DNA from: Cyanophora paradoxa CCMP329
Taxonomy: Eukaryota > Plantae > Glaucophyta
Assembly: GCA_004431415.1 (NCBI GenBank)
Contig: QPMI01000114.1
Coordinates: forward strand, 69,312-133,311
Direction of reading: 5' to 3'
Length of the DNA stretch: 64,000 nt
Shown here: positions 1 to 12,300 of the stretch, in pieces
Layout: every line of letters starts with the position of its first letter
Position numbering within the stretch: the stretch's first letter is position 1
Made by a program: the position numbers and the translations under genes
Notes under the pieces: model-generated
Databases searched by the model: none
The model's input: only the letters and a program-made list of their open reading frames with translations
What the model was told of the DNA's origin: nothing

Positions 1-23
1 AACCTCGCCCGCGGCTCCGGCTC

Positions 24-461
24 TCATACGCCCCAGTGCAGTCGCTGTGCCCCTCGACGGCGATCGCGCACAACCTCTGCTTCACCACCCGTCTCGGCAA
101 GGCCCGCCCCGCCCCTGCCCCCCCTCCCTCCTCCTCGGGCCCTCGCGCGCCCTCGGCCTCGCAGCTGGGCGGGCCGGCGGCGGGGCGCCCGGCGCCTCGG
201 GGTCGACCCCCGCTGCTGGCCCCCGCCACTGGGCCCCGAAGGGCCGGCCCCGCCGCCCCCGCCCCCGGGCCGCGCCCCGCAGCTGGGCCCCCCTCGCGCC
301 TCCCCCGCAGGGCGCTGGGGAGCTCGAGGCGCCCTCTTCGTCGGGCCCGAGGGTGCCCCCAGCGCCACCCCGCCCCCTCCATCCCCGCCGCCTCCTCCTG
401 GGCGCGCGGGCGCCGACTCTGCTGCGCGCGCACGCGCCGACTCTGGGCCATTCATGGCCAT
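24..461 (-). CDS. Putative 5' exon(s) of an unknown low-complexity protein gene (paralog of 31460-32891), partial
   Basis: ATG-initiated ORF MAMNGPESARARAAES duplicated at 32454-32891; no recognisable domain. Confidence 0.35.
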   Translation of the reverse strand: MAMNGPESARARAAESAPARPGGGGGDGGGGVALGAPSGPTKRAPRAPQRPAGEARGGPSCGARPGGGGGGAGPSGPSGGGQQRGSTPRRRAPRRRPAQLRGRGRARARGGGRGGRGGAGLAETGGEAEVVRDRRRGAQRLHWGV

Positions 462-465
462 CTCC

Positions 466-587
466 CACTATAGCTAGTAGAATGGGGCAGGAAGTGACAC
501 TGTCCTGACAATATTTAATGTAAATAGTGTCAGATTAAAAGTGTCGGCCGGCCTGACACTACTTGGAGCGGGGCTTCTCTTCTAGTG
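466..587. mobile_element. Possible miniature CACTA (En/Spm)-like non-autonomous element
   Basis: Starts CACTA(tagcta)GTAGAA and ends TTCTCTTCTAGTG (rc CACTAGAAGAGAA); internal GTGTC(A/G)G and CTGACAC repeats in both orientations; AT-rich island; no clean 3-bp TSD. Confidence 0.45.
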
Positions 588-1156
588 ATCTACAGCAGTC
601 ACTGAGTCTCCTACTGCACTAAACAAGAACTAACGAACTAACGAACAAAATGAACGAGGGAGGAGTGATCAGAGAGGGGCACACATATTACAGACGTCGA
701 CAGGACAAGTATTGAATTGCACTGCAGCGGGCCACGAACGGAAAGCGACCGGCCGCGGGCCGAGCTCAGGATCAACGCGAGCAGCTTCGAATTCGCGAGC
801 ACTGGCCATGGGGACCTGGCCGGGCCCTCCGCAGGACCCGCCCCGCTGCGCATGCTCGGGGCCCCAGAGGCGAGGCGCCAGCAGCGGGTCGACCCGCGGC
901 CGCGCGGGGCTGCCGGCGCCGGGGAAGGCCGCGCGGGCCGCGCGCCAGGAAGGCCGCCGGGGCGGGGCGGCGGGGCGCGGGGCGAGGATGGTGGGGCGTC
1001 GACGTCGGTGGCGAACGAAGGGGGTGGACTCCGGGAGGGGGTCTGCGGGACGGGCGGGGTGGGCGGGGCGGGCGGGGCCCCGAGAAGCCAAGGAGGAGGC
1101 GGACGTGGGTGAAGGAGCAGGGGCGGGGGGGCGCGGGTTGGGGCGGGGCCGGGCGG

Positions 1157-3392
1157 TCAGGGCGGGAGGAAGAAAGTGTCGTCGAGGGAGACCACCTCGC
1201 CCCGCACCTGCCGCCCCCGCCCTCGGCCCGAGAGGCGGGGGCGGGGGCGGGGCCGGCGCGCGCCCGCGTGTGGTTGTGCCGCAGGAAGGTCGCCAGCTCG
1301 GCGACCAGGCGCCCGATCTGCAGCGCGGAGCGGGGCGCTCGGCGGGGCGGGGCGGGGCGGCGGGGCGGCGGACGTTGCTTGAGAAGGTGACGACGGAGGC
1401 GCCGCACGTCGCCAGCGCCACCACGTCCACCATCGCCGCCTGCCCGCCCCGCCCCGCCTCGCCCGCGGCCCCGCGGAGGGGCGCGGGGGGGCCACCTTCC
1501 ACTCGCGCGTGCGCGTCCCGCCCCTCCGCCGCTCCCGCAGGTGGCTCGCGTGGTCGAAGACCTGCCCCCGCCGCCCTGAGACGCGGCTGGCCATGGCCGG
1601 CGGGGCCCCGCCCACCGCGCGGTCCTTGTCGGGGGCGTGGAGGAAGGTGTAGCGCGGCCCGTACGCCCCCGCCTCCTCCCGCAGCACCGCTGCCTCGTCT
1701 GCCCCGCCCTCGCCCCCGGCCCCCGGAGGGGGGCGTGGGGGCAGGCGGACCCGTTGCGACGAAGAAGAGGGTCGTGTTGAGGGCGCGGAGGAACGGCTCC
1801 GCCCGCTCCACGTACTGGCCGGGCCGCCCCCCGGTCGGCCCCGCCCGCGGGGGCGCAGCGGGCGCCGCACCCGGGCCAGCGGCAGCGGCCTCGCCTCCGA
1901 CCTCTTGTCCTGCCGCCTGCCCCGCCCGCTCGGCGGCGGCGGGCGTGGGGCGCAGGGGCGGGGCGGGGCGGACCGGACGTGGATGGAGACGCAGGGGCGC
2001 CGGGGGCGAGGCCGGCGGCGCGAGGCCCTCCTCGAGCCAGGCCGCGCCCGCGCGTTGGAGCGCAGCAGGGAAGCGTCGGCCTGCCGCGCGGCCACGTGAG
2101 GGGCGCCCGGGCGGGGCGCTCGCCCGGCCTCCAAGGCGCGCCTGGGCGCGGGCCCACTCGGGGCCCCACTTCTCGAAGCCCGGGGGCCGGGCCTCGCCGG
2201 GGGCCGCCACGGAGCGCGCGAGCGCCGCGTCGCTCCACGCCGCGAAGTCGTAGTAGAGGACCGTCTTGTTCGCCTGCGCCCCGCTGCCGGCTCGCCCCGA
2301 GGCGGGGGGGCGGGTGGGCCGGAGCGCGGCGCGCCTCGTGGTTGCGGAGCGAGATGGGCGCCGCCCCGCTCTGCAGGTCCCCCAGGTCCGAGAGGCTGCC
2401 CCGCGCCGGCGCGTGAGGCGGGCTGGGGGAGGTGCGCCGCGGCCGTCACCGCGTGGCCGCGCCGGCGCACGAGCAGGTGGAGAGCGGGAGCATGTGGCAG
2501 TCGAGGCTGCGGCACTCCTCCGCGCAGAGATCGTGGTCCGCGTACCTGCCGCCGGGCCGCCCGCGGCCGCCCTCGGCTCGGGCGGGGCGGGGGCAGGGGT
2601 CAGCGGGGGCGCGCACAGCCAGTCTTGGTGCGGGGCCACCAGAAGCACGCGCCGCGTCTCGAGGGCGAGCCCCAGGGCGTAGGCCATGTGGTGGAGCTCC
2701 GAGCCGAACCCTGCGCCCGCCGCCGACCCGGGGTCACGGCCGCGGGGCGTGCGCATGCGGGATGCGGCGCGCGCGCCTGCGGCGCCGAAGCGAAAGAGGA
2801 GGAACTGCGACACGCGGGGGCTGCAATCCTCGCGGGCTCGTAACTGGTTCCGGTAGATGACGCGCTGGGGGCGTCGGCGCGGCCGTGGGGCGACGTCAGA
2901 CGCGTACTGCGGCCGCCGGGCAGCTCGCGATCGGGTCGACGCCGCAGCAGGTCGGACGCACCCGAAACTCACGCATCGCTTCCAGCTGCTCGTCGTTCGC
3001 GCGTCCCGAGTCGAGGACGAGCGAGTACAGGAAGTCGTATCGCGGGATCGGCAGGAACTTCGAATTCGTCTCATTTGACGAAACCGAGCTCGACTTCGAA
3101 TCCGAACGCGCTAGCTGCGCGCAGGAGGAGCTCTGCAGAAGCTTCAGCGGCGTCCTATCTCCGTGATCGATGTCTGGAGTGGGCGTCGGCCCTGGCAGGC
3201 GCGAAAGCTCCGAATCCAGCGCCCGCCTGACCAGCGAAGCTGCGCGCGTGTGCGCGAACCGTCGGTGCTGAACACCCTCGACGCAGCGAGCGCAATCGCA
3301 CCCAAATGAAAGGAGCGTAGGGCCAGAATGATGAGCGGCGCGGCCAGCAGCAGCTTCAACCAGCGGCCGTAGCACCGTGGCCGGAGGCGCAT
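1157..3392 (-). CDS. Multi-exon alpha-1,6-fucosyltransferase-like protein (GT23, FUT8/NodZ family), type II membrane protein
   Basis: N-terminal TM segment WLKLLLAAPLIILAL. Exon motifs in the FUT8 order: GAGFGSELHHMAYAL, CVSIHVR|RQDK, FFVAT|DEAAV, DVVALATCGASVVTFSSN|IGRLVAEL, SLDDTFFLPP*. Confidence 0.85.
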
Positions 3393-3766
3393 CGCCGAAT
3401 CCCTTGTGTAGGTGCCGCAGGGCGCGCCCGCGGCTGGCGCTAGATCACCCGCGCGCGCAGCAGAGTCTTCCGGCCGGTCCCGGCCTCCACGCCTGTGGGG
3501 GTGCTGCCAGTAATTCCAGCGGTTGCAACACGCTGTTGCTGTGACGAACGCGCGCTCAGCGACGCAGCGCGGACGCTGGTGATTGGGGGTAGTTGTAGTC
3601 CTAATTCAGGGGGTAAGCGAACACAAGGGAGCTGCCTCTGTGGATCCGGAGCTGTGCACCAAGCAACACGGCAGTTTGCACCAAGCAACACGCCAGCTCT
3701 CGCTGAGCCGTGACCGAGTCCCGAAGTCCGGAAGTTAAACGACCTCGCTCAGTCCGGCGGCCTGCC

Positions 3767-5136
3767 ATGGAATCCAGGTGCGCGAAAGCGCGCCCGCCCG
3801 CGCATACAAGTTCTCAGAGGCGCAGCCGCAGGCGGGCGGCGAGCTACATCGAAGAGACCGCACGCCTGGCACGCTTGGCCCTCGGCCCGACGGGCGCGCC
3901 CTTCGAAGTCCCGCGGCACTCCTTCGCCGCGGCTGCGTGTGCGCGGGAGGCCGCAAGAGTCGCGGCCTGGGACGCTCCGGTGCGCTTGCCCGCCCCGCGC
4001 CGCGCTCGGGGGCCCGACCGGGCGCGCGGCGCCTGCGCTCGCGCAGGCGCCCGGCAGCCGGCTCCTCGACGGCCCCTGGGTCAGGGGCTATCCCTTGCCG
4101 GGGCCCCTCTATGGCGCCGAGCTCCAGCCGCCCGCGCCGCCGGCCGGAGCAGGCCCCTCTCCCGGCCGCCTCGGGGCCGGGGCTGTGCCCGCGGGGCCGA
4201 GGGGCCCGAGTACGCAGGCCCGGCCGCCCCGCTCCCCGCCGCGCACGTGCGCCCCCTCCGCCCCCGGGGCCGCGCCTGAAAGCCGTTCGACGTTTCACAG
4301 CCCTGAACGTGCTAACTCTAAATTCGTTAGTTCTTGATACGCACTGTTTCGTAACTCTGGACCTGTTAACTCTAAATTCGTTAGTTCTTGATATGCACCC
4401 ATAAAGCCTCGAAGTCGACGAAGGGTTCCAGTTTCATCGAACGAGCCCGCCCCGCCCCGCGCCGCCTTCGGCCCTCGGCGGACCGCGCGGCTGCGCGCCT
4501 CCCGCCCGCCCTCGGCACGCTCACCCCCGCCCCCGCCCGCAGGGCCGGCCCGGCCGCCGCCCACGCGGGAGGACATCGCGGACCTCTTCCACCTCCCCGT
4601 CCCCGTGCCCGCCCCGCCCCGCCCCGCCCCGCCCCGCCCGGCGCGGGCCGACGCTCGGGCAGGAGGCGGTGCGGGCGCTGGGCCTGGGGACGACGACCTT
4701 CAAGCGGCTCTGCCGGGAGGCCGGCATCGGCCGCTGGCCCCACCGCAAGCTCGACGCCCTCGCCCGCTGGGCCGCCCGCGCCGACGTGCCCCGCCCGCCC
4801 CGCCCCGTGAACGCGCGCTCGACGCGGGGCGGCAGGCTGCGCTGGCGCTGGGGCCGGGGAGGCGCCCCGGGCGCTCGACCGCGCGGCCCTCGCGGCGGCG
4901 CGGCGCGCGCTGCTCGCCGCCGCCGCCCGCGTCCGCGCCGACCCCGCCGCCTCCGGTGCGCCCCGCCGCCCCCGCCGGCCCGCGCCCGCCGCGCCGACGC
5001 GCGCCCCGGCAGTGCGCGGGCCGGTGTTGCTCGTGAGGAAGATCCTCGGGCCCCACGGGCTGTAGCTGGCGCTGGGGCCCGCCCCGCCGGGGCCGGGGCT
5101 CCCTCCGCCCCCAACGCCGCGGCATGCGCGTTCTGA
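3767..5136 (+). CDS. RWP-RK domain transcription factor (multi-exon; 5' and 3' limits approximate)
   Basis: Spliced REDIADLFHLP|EAVRALGLGTTTFKRLCREAGIGRWPHRKL (~4564-4752) matches the RWP-RK consensus; upstream exons inferred from the ATG at 3767. Confidence 0.8.
4313..4398 (+). repeat. Direct repeat, 2 x 32 bp, period 54
   Basis: taactctaaattcgttagttcttgata(c/t)gcac at 4313 and 4367. Confidence 0.9.
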
Positions 5137-6249
5137 TTGAAGATATGATTATTGCAATGGGCACATCCCCGCCCCGATCATGATCAAGAGACGGGCACAC
5201 TGTGACACACATGTTAATGACAAGCCGGAACGGACAGAACTGCACTGCAGTCTGCAGCTGCCACAGGCGACGAACACAAGCTCAAGAGGGGGCGGGGGCG
5301 GGGGAGGCCGACGGTGCGCACGCTGCGGGCCGCCGCGCGCCGCGCTGCGCCCCGGGGCGCACCGCGCCGGCCTGCCCGCCCACGCCCCGTGCGCTCGCAG
5401 ACGCCCGCGGCGACGCGTCAGCGGTGCTCGTGATCGAGGGGCGAGCCCTGCCGGAGGCGGCGCCACTGCGTCAGCCGAGGCGGGTCGGGCGCCGATCGCG
5501 AGGTGCGCCCGGGGCCGCCGCCGGCGTGCGGGGGCCGCCTGGCGCGCCCCACAGGCCGCCGAGCCCGCCCCGGAAGGGAGCCTCGTCGGCCGGCCAGCCG
5601 GGGCCGGCCCCGCCGGCGGCCGCCTGCGCGGGACCGGCCTGCGGCCTCCGGCCTCCGGCGCCCACCTCCAGCACCCTGCGCGGGGGCGGCGCGGGGCGGG
5701 GTCGCGCGGGGGTTGGAGGGGCGAGGCGGGGGGCGCGCCGGCCGTCGGAGAGGTGGAGGCGGCGGCAGCCTGGCTCGCGAGCGCGCGAGCCTGGCTCCCA
5801 CGGCCTGCGGCGCGAGGGCGTGGGTCGGCCGCCCACGCGACCGGCCCGGCGGCCCGCCCGCGGCCGGCCCTCCCTGCGCATGCGAGTAGCGTCAGCGCCG
5901 CCCGCAGCGGTCGACCGGGGCCCGGGAAGCCCGGTGGGGCGCACGTGCACGGGGGGCGTGAGGGATCCGGACGCGGCGAGGAGGGCGGGTGCCAGGGCCC
6001 GGCGGCAGCGGCGGCCTCCGGCCCGGCGGGCACCAATGCACGCGGGGGGGTCGGGCGGAAAATTTCGAAAACATTCAAGCAAATATTTTCACGATACAAA
6101 CTTTTCAAGTTACTTGCAAAGCGAATCTGCTACATCCCTCCACACAGGGGCACGGCAGACACGAGAGGGACTGCCTACTATGCGATCTAAAGCGAAAATC
6201 AACTATCCGCTGTGTCTTCATGTGTTCTAAATCACATCTCAGCCATCCG

Positions 6250-7265
6250 CTATGTCGTCGCCGTCGGCGGAATTGGAAGCGAGCAACCTGCGGAGCGCAG
6301 CAGGGGGGCCTCCTCCTCCTCCTTGAGCTTGCCCTCCTCGTTGAGGACGGTGAGCAGCCAGGAGCGCTGCTGCGCGCCGGGGCCGGACTGCGAGCCCGAG
6401 GGGCCGGCAGGCACCGTCTCTTTGCCTCTGAACTCCCTCCCGCCCCGCCCCCGGCTTCGTTCGCGCCCGACGCCGGCGTGCCTCGCGCCGCACGCGCCCC
6501 CGCCAGCCGCCCGCGCCCCCCGGGCCCGAGCTCGCGGGCTCCCCGGCCTTTCTTCGTGAGAGGTTGCCCCTCCAAGCCGCCGAGCCTCGGAGCTCCCGAT
6601 CCCACTCCCGCACCCCCTCCCTCCCTCCATTCCCCGACGACATCGCCCCTCCTCTGCGCACTAGCTTCAACCTCCAGCCTGCTGCGCTCCAACCCCCGCA
6701 GCTCAGCAGCCCCGCGACCCTCACACCGCCGAGCGGGCGGCGGCCCGGGCGGGCTCGCGCTCGGCCGGCGGGCCCTCCTGCAGCCCCCGCGGGCCGGCGC
6801 CCCCGCCCCCGGCTCGCCCCCCGCCCCGACGGCCGCATGCGCGGGGAGGCGGCACGGCCCGGGGCGTTCCGGCCAGCCCCGCCCCCGATGCCGCCGGCGC
6901 CCCCCTCGCTGGCCCCCTCGACCTGGCGCCGGCCTCTGACCCGGGCCCGAGCCCGAGCCCGAGGCCGGAGGCCCCGTCTGCCGGCCCTCTCCTCTCCCCT
7001 CAGCCTCCGCCCACCTTCCGTCCTCCCGGACTTGGTGCGCCCCAGGGATCCCCCCGAGCACAGTGTCCCGCGCGGGAGGGCGCGGGCGGCGCCCACCAGC
7101 GCGCCCCCAGAGGTCCGCCCGCCCTCTCCGCCTCTCCCTTCGGCCCTTCTCCGCCCCCCCCCCCCCCCCCCTCCCCTCCCCGAGTCTGCTGCGCTCCTGT
7201 ACCCAGACTCGGAGCGTTGCGCGGGCTGCTGCTCGGAACGCCCGTTCCGCGTCAAGCCGCTGCAT
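6250..7265 (-). CDS. Possible exons of an unknown gene
   Basis: Coding-looking segments such as SWLLTVLNEEGKLKEEEEAPLLRS among GC-rich intron-like tracts; no domain recognised. Confidence 0.2.
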
Positions 7266-8331
7266 GAGAAGCCGACGCCTCGATGGGCGCGGCGGCGCAC
7301 GGCGCGACGCCCGCCCGGCCGGCGGCCCCGTCGCCGATCTCTCCCCCGCCTCCTCCTTCCCCCCCCTCCTTCCTTCCCCCCCGTCCTCGTTCCACTCCCT
7401 GACCTCCTTTCCTCCATCTCCCCTCTCACCGGGCAGCGGCAGGGGGCCGCCCCGAGGACGACCCCTCGCGCCCCATCGCCTCCTTCGGTGCGTCCCGCCC
7501 CTCTCTCGCCCGCCCGCCTAGCCCTCGCCTGGCCCGACCCCAGCCGCCTCGGCCTCTGCCGCCGCGCCGCACGCCTCACCGCGGCGGCCGCGGTGCCCGC
7601 CCGCGGAGGAGGCCGGCGGCGGCGACGACGTCCCTCGGCGAGGCGCCCCCGCCCAGGCGCCCGCCCCGCCCCGCCCCGCGCCCCACGCTTGCGCCCTCCT
7701 CTGAGCCAGGAGGCGGGTGTGCCGCGAACGGGCGGGGGCGCGGGCGTGGCTGGAGCGCGAGGCCGAGGGCCCCCCGCCGCCCCCGGCGCAGCGCAGCCAA
7801 GGCCCGCGCATCGTTCTATTGGGCATTCATTGAGGGGCCGCGCGGCGAGGGGCCCCGGCCCCCTCGCCACCGCGCGCGCCCCAAGAGGCCGCCTCTCTCG
7901 ATTCCCGCCCCTTCCCTTCCCCTCCACTTCTTATCGTCTTTGTCCTCCTCCCTCTCTCCGCCCCGCCCCGCCCGCCCCGCCCGCCCGTTTCGCCACGGCT
8001 GAACCTTCACTCGCTTTGCAGCTCTCGCTGCTGACGGGGCCCGCGCCGGCCGCCGCAGCGCGCGCCTCTCGCTCCTCTCGAAGCGCGCCGCGGCGGTGGC
8101 CTCGGCCGCCTCGAAGCGCGCCGAGACCGCCCCGGCGGTTCCGGGGGCAGCTGTGGCGGCGGCGTGGTCTGCAGCAGAGAGGCAGGGAGAGAGGTGCGCG
8201 CGAGCCGCCCCCTCTCCCCCGCGACGCCCGCCCTGAGCTGACTGCTGGGCGCAGGGTCACGCCGCCGAAGCGGAGCGCCGACCCCGGGGCGCCGGAGGGG
8301 AGCGGCCGCCCTCGCCCAAGCACTGCGAGGC

Positions 8332-8670
8332 CTAGGGGTACCTCTTCGCAGGGGCGGCGGCGGGGCGCACCGGCCTCCCGCCCCGCCGCCGAGTCGCCGG
8401 CGCGCGCCGCCGCCGCCGCCGCCGCCGCTTCGGCCGGCGGCTCGGTCGAGGGGTCCTCGGGGGTACGGGGCCGTCGGAGGGCGGGCGGGGCCCCGCCCGA
8501 GCCGCCGAGGCCGCACCACGTGGGCCAGCAGCTCGCCCCCCTGAGGCGAGGCTCCTTTCCCTTCCGCTTCGCCCCTTCTTTCTTTGTCTTGCCTGGCCTC
8601 TCCGGCAGCATCGAGCGCGAGGTGCACGCCAACATGCACCTCGGCAGCGTCGGGGGCCCGCCTCGGCATC
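8332..8670. repeat. Dispersed duplicate of 31460-31735
   Basis: cctaggggtacctcttcgcagggg...gcacgccaacatgcacctcggcagcgtcgg shared, with an ~80-bp indel. Confidence 0.85.
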
Positions 8671-9002
8671 CTCAAGCTCCTCCACTTCCGCCGTCTCCAG
8701 CACCCTCGAAAACCCCTGTCTACACCTCTTGGGCAATTCTTGCATACGGCCGAAATCTAAATTCTGGCTTCGGGTGGAAAACCGCCGGACCAATTGCAAG
8801 TAATGCACTTGAACATGAAAGTCGGAATTGGATCATCGGATTCGGATCCGGATTGGAGGGCCGGCCGGGTGCCCGGCGGCCGGGCAAGAACTTCGGAACT
8901 TCGGGAAAGGCATGCACATGCGTATGTACAGGCCTAGGCGTTCATGAGCGCTCAAAGAACGAAGGCGAGTGTTTAAAATGCATATGATCAGCTGCAGACA
9001 CA

Positions 9003-9140
9003 TTTTTTCATGATCAGAAAGCCCATATCAAGGGCGCCTGTTATATTAGTTCAGTGACTTCATCGATCGTATAGCTATATATATATATATATAGGCACTA
9101 CCGGTTCGCGTTAATTCGAACTCTGGGTCAGCTCGTAACC
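9003..9140 (-). repeat. Dispersed repeat X (inverted homolog at 36619-36730); contains (TA)n at 9076-9093
   Basis: rc ggttacgagctgacccagagttcg...cgaaccggtagtgc...cccttgatatgggcttt matches 36619-36730. Confidence 0.75.
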
Positions 9141-9325
9141 AGCTTTTCTCTCTCCTTTCGGCCCACGGGGCTCACTTTTTTAGCCACTGGGCCAGGCAGC
9201 TCAGTGAAGCAATGCCACGCGCGCGTGCATGCTACAAACCACCTGTACGCGGGTCCGGATAGACCAGAAAGTATCCGTAGTAACAGAGTTGGCACCCAGC
9301 TAGCCCCAAGCCCCACCCCTCCTGC

Positions 9326-9342
9326 CACGCCCTGTCCTCTGA
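9326..9342 (+). repeat. Left TSD of LINE-A (17 bp)
   Basis: cacgccctgtcctctga, identical at 28633-28649. Confidence 0.9.
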
Positions 9343-12300
9343 GACTTCTGGACAACGCTGCTCTACGATTGGCGACTGACCGACCTTGGCACGCCTGGTG
9401 ACGTTACATGGGTCAAATCGGCAAGGCCCCATGCTGAAAACCCGGAAACTCCAGCCCCACAGCGCCTCCACACGGCTGCCAGGTTGGACGGGGTGATGGC
9501 GTCCGAAGCCTTAGCAGCGCGCATGCAGGCCACTCGAACACTCTACACAGCCCGAATCCTCACTGCAATCCGCTCCGACCACTTCCCCGTGATCGCCTCA
9601 TTCAATATTGAGGGCCTCCTCCCCTCGCTAGATAACGAAGGGAACACAGTTCGCCCTAGTGTCCGCCCCCAAGCCCAGCCCCTTCCCCCAGTCTTCTCCT
9701 ACCTGGCGCAACCAGCAGAGACGCGAGTCAAAGCAAAGATGCACGTCCAGACCTGGCTCGCTCGTTCCTCGCACCTAGTCAACCTCATCCTCCGTCCCGC
9801 GGAACACCAGCGAACGCATCCGAAATACCCCACACGGGTTAAAAGGGCAGTCCACACGCTAATGCACGCCCTCGTGGAAGCGATTAAATACGCAGCCGAG
9901 TCGCCCGACCTCAGTGACGCCCAGCTTCTCCAATACCGCCAGCGCCGCGACCGGGCCCCAAGCGTTTTCACCCCAGGGACAAAGGAACAGGACTCCGGCA
10001 TCCTGCTACAGGTCCAGGGCTGCCTCTCAGCGTGGGCGCGCCACGCCGACAAGTCTGGCCCCCCACCAGCACTAGCCCCTGACAGTGCAAACGATTCCAG
10101 TTCATCCCCACTACACTACCTTACACAGCTCGAGCAGACAGTTGAATTCCATAATTTTGAAGTAGCCCAGCGCCCTGAGACGGAATTCCACTACTACCCC
10201 GTCCCCCTAGAAGCCGCCCCAATTTTCCCGGGCGCCTCCGACCGCGCGACGCCTGAAGAATGCTGGTCGCGCTACTTTGCCGCTCAGCGGCACATGGCAG
10301 CTCTTGATGCACACCGCCAAGGCTTCCAGACCGACAAACTATCCCGCAACATCGATGCCCGCCGTCACATGCTCTCCCGCTCGTCCTCGATGGGACAAGC
10401 GATCCAAATTCTGTTCGACAAATTCAGAAGCACTGTCAAACCGTACCTCACAAAATTGGTGGACGGCATCGTGCACGTCATAACAGCGCCGCAAGCTGTG
10501 CTGACCGAATATAAAGAATTTTTCGATGAGCGATTCTGGTACCCACGCGATGCCGCCGTCACACCAGAGCGCATCCGTGCTCGCCTGGCCCTGCACCCCG
10601 AACGCGCGGAACACTGGATCCGCCAATACGCCCCCCTCCCACACGTTCAGCTCGCTACATTCGACGGCATGACGGACATGCCAGACGACCGCGAACTCTC
10701 CGCCCGACTCGCAACCACATCAGACGGAGCCGGCGGCCCGTCGGGTCTCACTAATGGCATGCTTAAAATGATATTCTTCCCCCCGCGCCTCTCAAAAGCA
10801 GATCGTCAGCTTCTCACCCTTAAGCACAGCCACGCCGAAGTCGATGCATGGGCCAGTACTGAATTCTGGACCACTTCCCGCGATGTCATAAAGGCGATAG
10901 TCAAAGCCACGCTTGAGGGCCATATATGCGACCACCTTCTCCGCGGACAGGTCTTTACCATCCCCAAACGCGACAACGCCACTGATCTAGGCTCCCTTCG
11001 CCCAATCACGCTACAGGAAGTTCTCTGGAAGCTTGTTACGGGCATCCTCACCGACAGGCTCGACTCCCGTCTGGAAGACCACCAGGTCCTGCGAGGACCC
11101 AACTACGGCTTCCGCCGACACGAATCTACCGACCCGGTCCTGTACGCAGTCCGCGCGGCCCTTGAGGACGCCCACGACCACCGCAAACCAATATACATCG
11201 GCCTAGGTGACATAGCTAGTGCGTACGACAGCGTCTCCTGGGAAAGCATGGAAGCCAGCTTCCGCCGGCTACGCATGCACGAGCACCCCGCTGGCCGCGC
11301 ATACATCCAACTCCACGCCTACGCAGCTCGACATCGCACGGCCGCCATCCTCACGCCCCATGACCGTACAGAATGGTTCCAAGTCCGCTGCGGCCTGCCG
11401 CAGGGAGGGATTGAAGCCCCCCTTCACTGGCGCATATTCTACGACACGGTGCTCACAGCAATTGATGAAGAAGCACGGACAGCCAATATTGGGTACCGCA
11501 TGGGCCCCCTCCCAGGTACTCCCTCCGGGAAGCTCCGCGACTTTGCCCCAGGCACCACAGGCGCCGCGCGCCCCGGGGAGACTTATAGAGTCCCAGCTGG
11601 GCCCCGTTCGTTCCTATCGATCCTGGCCTACGCGGATGATACGACGATGTTTGCAGACTCCCCACACACCCTCCAGCGCTTCTTCCAGTGGCTCTCAGAA
11701 TTCCTACACATTCATAACATCCGCTTGAATGCAAAGAAGAGCGAGGTAGCTTTCTGGCGACCAGACTGGCGGCCATCGCGCCCGCTTACACTGGCACCGA
11801 TCAAAGTGGGATTGGGCCCCCAGGCCGAACCCATCGGTACCATCCATCAACCAAACGATGCCTTCCGAGTCCTTGGAGTATTTTTCACAGCGTCGCTTGA
11901 CTGGGGGCACCAATTTCGCCTCCTCCTCTCACACGCACGCACCGCAATGCACCTCCTTGGCCCAAAATATCTCTCTGTTGACGAATTCCGCACTGTCTTA
12001 CACCGCGTTATCTATCCTAAACTGGCCTACCCGATGCGAATCATGACGCTTAGTGCAGCCCGATGTGCACAACTGGAGCGCGTCTGGTCCGAAGTGTTTA
12101 GACATGCAGCAGGCCACGCTAAGTCAACCAGTACACCAGCACTCTACCTCCTTTACCAGCTGCGCCACGTCTCCACGCTCCTGCTCCAGTCTCAGACACT
12201 CGATGAGCGGCTCCGGCTCGAAACAACCTACATTCTCCCGGACTCCCTAACCGGACAGCTCCACCGCCAACGCATACTCGATACCCAAGCCCGAAATGGG

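Larger units (their letters stand above)
1..1302. repeat. Segmental duplication, copy A (paralog at 32431-33740; runs off the left window edge)
   Basis: Near-identical sequence from aacctcgcccgcggctccgg (1 / 32431) to gtcgccagctcggc (1302 / 33740). Confidence 0.95.

Noticed and set aside
4313-4398. CRISPR mini-array
   Set aside because: Only two repeats, eukaryotic intron-containing context, no cas genes
669-8987. Long ORFs such as 669-3074, 712-2253, 6239-7927 and 6564-8987 as single proteins
   Set aside because: Arg/Pro/Gly/Ala-rich read-through of very GC-rich introns or antisense strands; real motifs switch frames at splice sites
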